Origin: an uncultured Gammaproteobacteria bacterium
GTDB taxonomy: Bacteria > Patescibacteriota > Microgenomatia > CAZETR01 > Amesbacteraceae
Reading direction: 5' to 3'
Assembly (NCBI GenBank): GCA_964518565.1
Contig: CAZFGX010000001.1
Span: 460,470-524,469, forward strand
DNA: 64,000 nt
Shown here: positions 57,564 to 64,000 of the stretch, piece by piece
Layout: each line of letters opens with the position of its first letter
Position numbering within the stretch: the first letter of the stretch is position 1
Position numbers and translations under genes: made by a program
The notes under the pieces: generated by a model
Database searches by the model: none
What the model was told of the DNA's origin: nothing
Seen by the model: the letters and a program-made list of their open reading frames with translations, nothing else

Positions 57564-58727
57564 TTGGTTGCATTTGAAAAAACATTTCTAGAGCATGAGT
57601 CTCGCCCAAATCTCGAGCTATTTCTTTGCGCATTCTATTGCGTTCCTGGCTACCCATGCCAGAAATTAACTATAGCATATAATCGCCTAGTGGTAGAACA
57701 ATTGACGGCGCGTGAACAAAAACAAAATGTCGAAATTCTCTCACCACTCGGATTCATCCTCGACCTTCGCCAACATATCTATCAGGCAAAAGATCATATT
57801 TACATCCAAAGTATGAAAATTGACTGGTACGGCCATGCTGTAGGATTGTTATATCCAGCATTATTAGACGCTGCCAAAAAAGGTATTCATATTGAGCTAA
57901 ACTACGATCAAATAAATGAGGTCCTCATCGAAAATTCCCTGCGTCATTTACGGCATGAAAAATATTTGGATATGCGCAACCAGCAAAATCAACAAATATT
58001 TGAACAACTTTTACAAGCCGGCGTAAAAACGAACATATCCCACCCATATCGATCCACCAGTGAACGATTAAGTATTTTTTCAGGTCGAAATCATATCAAA
58101 GCGTTTTTAGTAGACCAGACTGCTTGGCTTGGCGGACTCCAATTGAGCGAAGATCTCGTATCTCGATGTGATTTTATGCTTAAAATTACCTCTCCCTCCA
58201 TCATTTCAACGCTCAATCGTCTCACAACGTCTCCTTGGCCAAACAAAAACACACATATTCAATGTGACTCACAATCATCTCTTATTCTCGACAGTGGACG
58301 AGAATCTTCCTCTCGAATATTGGATCACATGTGTGCTTCTATTGGCAAAGCAAAAAGCACAATTGATTTTGTCAGTGCCCACGATCTCGATGATCCACTC
58401 GGTAAAGAGTTGGTCTCAGCTCAAAAGCGTGGAGTCAAAGTTCGTTATTATTCTTCAGACCCTTTTATAAAACGGAGTGGTATTGAGACATGGCACTTTC
58501 CCTCATCAGCCAACAGAGACATTGCCAAATATTTCTATCCAAACCAACGTGTTCACGCAAAAGTATTACGCGTCGACGATTCGGTCTATATCGGTTCTCA
58601 CAATGGCACCAGCAAATCGCGCTTCCTACACACTCGTGAAATGCAGCTAGTAACCACGGAGTCAAGCATTGTTTCACTCGTTCAAAAATGGGTAGATCAA
58701 AGACACCATCTTGCCTACAAATACTAA
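57564..58727 (+). CDS. phospholipase D family protein (two HKD motifs; cardiolipin-synthase-like); start uncertain
   Basis: HIKAFLVD and HAKVLRVDDSVYIGSHN (HxKxxxxD x2). Confidence 0.7.
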   Translation: MVAFEKTFLEHESRPNLELFLCAFYCVPGYPCQKLTIAYNRLVVEQLTAREQKQNVEILSPLGFILDLRQHIYQAKDHIYIQSMKIDWYGHAVGLLYPALLDAAKKGIHIELNYDQINEVLIENSLRHLRHEKYLDMRNQQNQQIFEQLLQAGVKTNISHPYRSTSERLSIFSGRNHIKAFLVDQTAWLGGLQLSEDLVSRCDFMLKITSPSIISTLNRLTTSPWPNKNTHIQCDSQSSLILDSGRESSSRILDHMCASIGKAKSTIDFVSAHDLDDPLGKELVSAQKRGVKVRYYSSDPFIKRSGIETWHFPSSANRDIAKYFYPNQRVHAKVLRVDDSVYIGSHNGTSKSRFLHTREMQLVTTESSIVSLVQKWVDQRHHLAYKY

Positions 58728-58737
58728 GCTTTGCTAA

Positions 58738-60666
<1,929 letters not shown>

Positions 60667-60668
60667 AT

Positions 60669-60881
60669 ATGCACGAAAAAGATATCGGTCGCATTGTCGT
60701 CAAACAAGATATCAAAGAACCGCTTCCAGGTGGGGGATATGAGCGCAAACGTGTCCGCCTAGCCACCTGGACCACCAATGTTCCAGAAATGCTGCGTATC
60801 TTAATAAATAGTGGACTACATGTCAGAGCACACATCTTTCGCAAAGATGGTACCAAAACCGTTAAATTATCCGACGAATAA
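60669..60881 (+). CDS. hypothetical small protein
   Basis: 70-aa ORF starting 3 nt after the gyrB stop. Confidence 0.3.
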   Translation: MHEKDIGRIVVKQDIKEPLPGGGYERKRVRLATWTTNVPEMLRILINSGLHVRAHIFRKDGTKTVKLSDE

Positions 60882-60898
60882 TTTGTTATAATACCCAT

Positions 60899-61438
60899 AT
60901 GAATTTCCTTCACGACATCCCCGCAGGTGACCCAAAAAAGCTCCTCAACGCCATCATTGAAATTCCAGCTGGAGCTAAAATCAAATACGAGTACGACAAC
61001 AAACTCCAAGTTATTAAAGCTGACCGTTTTCTCTACACTGCCTTTGCATACCCGTTCAACTATGGCTTCATTCCAGGCACTTGGAGTGAAGATGAAGATC
61101 CACTCGATGTTGTTGTCGTAGCTAGTGAAAAAATTGAACCGTATATGCTTGTTGAGGTTCGTGTTATTGGAATGCTCGAAACAGAAGATGAGGAAGGTAA
61201 AGATGCCAAACTTATCACTGTTCCAAAATCAAAAATCGATCCCGTCTATGCCAATGTTGAATCAGTGGAAGATCTGGGAGATGCCCTCAAAAACAAAATT
61301 AAGCATTTCTATGAAACCTATAAAAGTATTGAGCCTGGAAAATGGGTCAAGGTGACTGGCTGGCTAGACAAAGCTGCAGCAATTAACACTGTTGAATCTG
61401 CTATCGAGCGCTACAATGCCCACGTTAAAACATCTTGA
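60899..61438 (+). CDS. ppa: inorganic pyrophosphatase (family I)
   Basis: AIIEIPAGAKIKYEYD..., DEDPLDVVV. Confidence 0.9.
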   Translation: MNFLHDIPAGDPKKLLNAIIEIPAGAKIKYEYDNKLQVIKADRFLYTAFAYPFNYGFIPGTWSEDEDPLDVVVVASEKIEPYMLVEVRVIGMLETEDEEGKDAKLITVPKSKIDPVYANVESVEDLGDALKNKIKHFYETYKSIEPGKWVKVTGWLDKAAAINTVESAIERYNAHVKTS

Positions 61439-61970
61439 TAAATTTGGTGCTACCTTAGTCGTAGTTTGTCTTATCTTTGTTGCGATTGGCCTTTCCCGCG
61501 GATTAGGATCCATGTTTTCATCTTCTCCTACTGGGTCATCCGGCCCAGCTACTAGCCCAACGCCTAGTCGCCCAACCCCTACACCCGGCCCAGGTCCAAA
61601 AGTTTTCACCAGCGTCTCCCAAACGTTTGCCTTTGGCTATGTTGACAACTGGACAGAACTGCCAAGCCAAATTGATGGCGATGTGACTCTTACAGCTTTT
61701 AAATCATGTGACCAAGTCGCCCTTGTGTTGACCGAAACCAAAAACCAAACACTGACCAAAAATACCAAACTCGAAATGTCAAAAGTCGACGGCCAGGATG
61801 CCTATATCACCACAGAAAAAGATAAAAGTACCACCATTGCTATAAACGATGCTATCAGAAACCAAGTAATTCAACTCAAATTCACCCCAACCTGCGGACA
61901 AAGTTTGGATGAGGCCAAACAAAAAGAACTGACGCCGTTATTACACTCGTTTACGTTTGAATCCAATTAG
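61392..61970 (+). CDS. membrane-anchored hypothetical protein with Pro/Ser/Thr-rich linker
   Basis: TM LVVVCLIFVAIGLS, then SSSPTGSSGPATSPTPSRPTPTPGPGP. Confidence 0.35.
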   Translation: MNLLSSATMPTLKHLDKFGATLVVVCLIFVAIGLSRGLGSMFSSSPTGSSGPATSPTPSRPTPTPGPGPKVFTSVSQTFAFGYVDNWTELPSQIDGDVTLTAFKSCDQVALVLTETKNQTLTKNTKLEMSKVDGQDAYITTEKDKSTTIAINDAIRNQVIQLKFTPTCGQSLDEAKQKELTPLLHSFTFESN

Positions 61971-61994
61971 GGCTTCTGATAATATAACTGCGGC

Positions 61995-64000
61995 ATGAAT
62001 GATAATTCTGAAAACACATCCATAGGCAAACTTCGACCAGTCGAAATTACGACGGAAATGCAAAAAAACTTCTTGGACTATGCCATGTCCGTTATCGTCG
62101 CCCGAGCTTTACCAGATGTTCGTGACGGTCTTAAGCCTGTACATCGTCGAATCTTGTACGCCATGTGGGATACAGGCCTACGCGCCAGTGGCAAACCGAA
62201 AAAGTCAGCTACGGTTGTAGGAGAAGTATTGGGTAAATATCACCCGCATGGTGATGCGCCAGTCTACGAAGCAATGGTTCGTCTGGCCCAAGAATTTTCC
62301 ATGCGCTACCCACTTATTGATGGCCAAGGTAACTTTGGCTCCATAGATGGCGACCAACCTGCTGCCATGCGCTACACCGAGGCCAAACTGAGCCGCATTT
62401 CCGAAGAAATGCTTTTTGATATTGAAAAAGAGACCGTGGAAACTGGTCCAAATTTTGATGGCTCAATCCAAGAGCCACTTATCCTTCCGGCCAAACTTCC
62501 CAATCTTTTACTTATGGGTTCCGACGGTATCGCAGTCGGTATGGCAACCAAAATTCCACCACACAATTTGACCGAAGTTGTCGACGCCATCACTCATCAA
62601 ATCGACAATCCAGATTGTTCTGTCGAAGATCTGATGGCATTTGTCAAAGGACCTGACTTCCCAACATACGGCAATATTTACGACACTAAAGCAATCGCCG
62701 AAGTCTACGCCACTGGACGCGGTCGAATAGTGGTCCGTGGTAAAGCAGAAATCGAAGAAACAAAATCCGGCAAATCAGCGATTATCATCACCGAAATTCC
62801 TTATCAAGTAAACAAAGCTGACATGATAGTCCGGATTGCCAATCTAGTTCATGAAAAAAAGATCGAAGGCATTTCAGATCTTCGCGACGAATCTGATCGC
62901 CACGGAATTCGTGTCGTTGTCGAGCTAAAACGTGACGCCAAACCCAAAAGTATTCTTAACAATCTCTACAAACACACATCACTTCAAACCACCTTTCCTG
63001 CCAATTTTGTGGCTCTTGTAGATGGAACTCCTCAGACACTTGGTCTAAAAACTATTTTGGCTGAATATATCAAACACCGACAGCTCGTCGTCACTCGCCG
63101 TACTGAATACGAATTAAAAATTGCCCGTGCCAGAGCACATATCTTAGAAGGACTAAAAATTGCACTCGATCATTTAGATGCTGTAATCAAAACAATTCGT
63201 GAATCCAAAGATTCCGAGGAAGCTCGTCAAAACTTAATGTCTCGATTTGGTTTATCAGAACTTCAAGCCGTTGCAATTTTAGACATGCAACTTCGTCGAC
63301 TTGCAGCTCTAGAACGACAAAAAATCGAAGAAGAATACAAAGCTATTATGAAATATATCGGCGAATTAGAAGATTTGCTCGCTCATCCAGAAAAAATTCT
63401 CGCAGTAATCAAAAAAGAATTAGCCGAAATCAAAGAAAAATTTGGTGACGAACGTCGTACAAAAGTCTACAAGCTCCCAATAGGGGAGTTCTCTGAAGAA
63501 GACCTTATTCCAGCAGAAGATGTTGTCATTACCGTCACAGCAACTGGTTATATCAAACGCCAAAATCCCTCAGCATTCCGCACTCAGGCTCGTGGAGGCA
63601 AAGGAGTAACAGGCATGACCACCAAAGACGAAGACGAAATTGCTCATATTCTGACCGTCAACACCCACGACGACATGTATTTCTTCACCAATCGCGGCCG
63701 AGTCTTTAAAATCAAAGCCTACGATATTCCCGAAGGTTCTCGCCAAGCCAAAGGCCAAGCAATTGTAAACTTGATCAATATTGAACAAGACGAAAAACTC
63801 CAAACTGTTCTAAATTTGGGCAAAGGTGATGATTTCAAATTCCTACTCATGGTCACTGACAATGGCACAATCAAAAAAACCAAACTGACAGAGTTTGACA
63901 GTATCCGACAATCTGGAAAAATCGCCATCAAACTTGAGTCTGGTGATAGTCTCAAGTGGGTCAAGCCAACTACTGGATCTGACCAAGTCTTAATCGTTTC
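61995..64000 (+). CDS. gyrA: DNA gyrase subunit A (3' end outside window)
   Basis: [40 protein letters not shown]; ORF runs off the window, so it is absent from the ORF track. Confidence 0.9.
   Translation, partial: MNDNSENTSIGKLRPVEITTEMQKNFLDYAMSVIVARALPDVRDGLKPVHRRILYAMWDTGLRASGKPKKSATVVGEVLGKYHPHGDAPVYEAMVRLAQEFSMRYPLIDGQGNFGSIDGDQPAAMRYTEAKLSRISEEMLFDIEKETVETGPNFDGSIQEPLILPAKLPNLLLMGSDGIAVGMATKIPPHNLTEVVDAITHQIDNPDCSVEDLMAFVKGPDFPTYGNIYDTKAIAEVYATGRGRIVVRGKAEIEETKSGKSAIIITEIPYQVNKADMIVRIANLVHEKKIEGISDLRDESDRHGIRVVVELKRDAKPKSILNNLYKHTSLQTTFPANFVALVDGTPQTLGLKTILAEYIKHRQLVVTRRTEYELKIARARAHILEGLKIALDHLDAVIKTIRESKDSEEARQNLMSRFGLSELQAVAILDMQLRRLAALERQKIEEEYKAIMKYIGELEDLLAHPEKILAVIKKELAEIKEKFGDERRTKVYKLPIGEFSEEDLIPAEDVVITVTATGYIKRQNPSAFRTQARGGKGVTGMTTKDEDEIAHILTVNTHDDMYFFTNRGRVFKIKAYDIPEGSRQAKGQAIVNLINIEQDEKLQTVLNLGKGDDFKFLLMVTDNGTIKKTKLTEFDSIRQSGKIAIKLESGDSLKWVKPTTGSDQVLIV

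Noticed and set aside
57439-57657. 72-aa minus-strand ORF between holB-like and the PLD gene
   Set aside because: It overlaps the 5' region of the PLD-family gene and has no motifs. I cannot decide which reading is real, so it is left unannotated and the PLD start is flagged as uncertain.

Overview
This 64 kb window comes from an AT-rich, gene-dense bacterial genome with reduced-genome hallmarks, most consistent with a CPR/Patescibacteria (Saccharibacteria-like) lineage. The taxonomic call is inference from gene content only. The standard code is used: TGA acts as a stop, for example at the infC/rpmI and tatC ends. Several housekeeping proteins are shortened: ThrRS lacks its N-terminal editing domains, PheT is short, trigger factor has no PPIase domain, and CdaA is fused to CdaR. 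The right half (about 37-64 kb) is conserved core: tRNA-Val, thrS-infC-rpmI-rplT-pheS-pheT, PBP1A, recG, rpmF-nusB-ACP-like-rnc-rpsP-KH, a complete type IV pilus locus (pilO/N/M, pilin-like, pilD, pilA, pilC, pilT, pilB), holB-like, a PLD-family gene, gyrB, ppa and gyrA (3' truncated by the window). The left half (0-31 kb) is accessory-like. It holds a P-type ATPase fragment and small hydrolases. It holds a tight operon of three PLP enzymes: an Orn/DAP-type decarboxylase, a cysteine-synthase::rhodanese fusion and a cysteine desulfurase. A degraded large serine recombinase sits next to tRNA-His. A tatA-tatC pair is followed by a twin-arginine signal-peptide ORF that is in frame with, but separated by a TAA from, a right-handed beta-helix (pectate-lyase/tailspike-fold) protein. 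Two paralogous modules of minor pilins plus a vWA (MIDAS) adhesin are separated by tRNAs, a GIY-YIG gene, a cupin and a DsbA-like oxidoreductase. The region also holds 12 tRNA genes. The most unusual signal read directly from the sequence recurs at three tRNA loci: tRNA-Arg, tRNA-Gly(TCC) and tRNA-Leu(TAG). Each intact tRNA is immediately preceded by one or two copies of its own 5' portion. Each copy is interrupted at a defined position (D-loop or anticodon loop) by a structured insert. For tRNA-Gly the insert carries a GIY-YIG nuclease ORF. This looks like an undescribed family of tRNA-gene-targeting or tRNA-replacing mini-elements.
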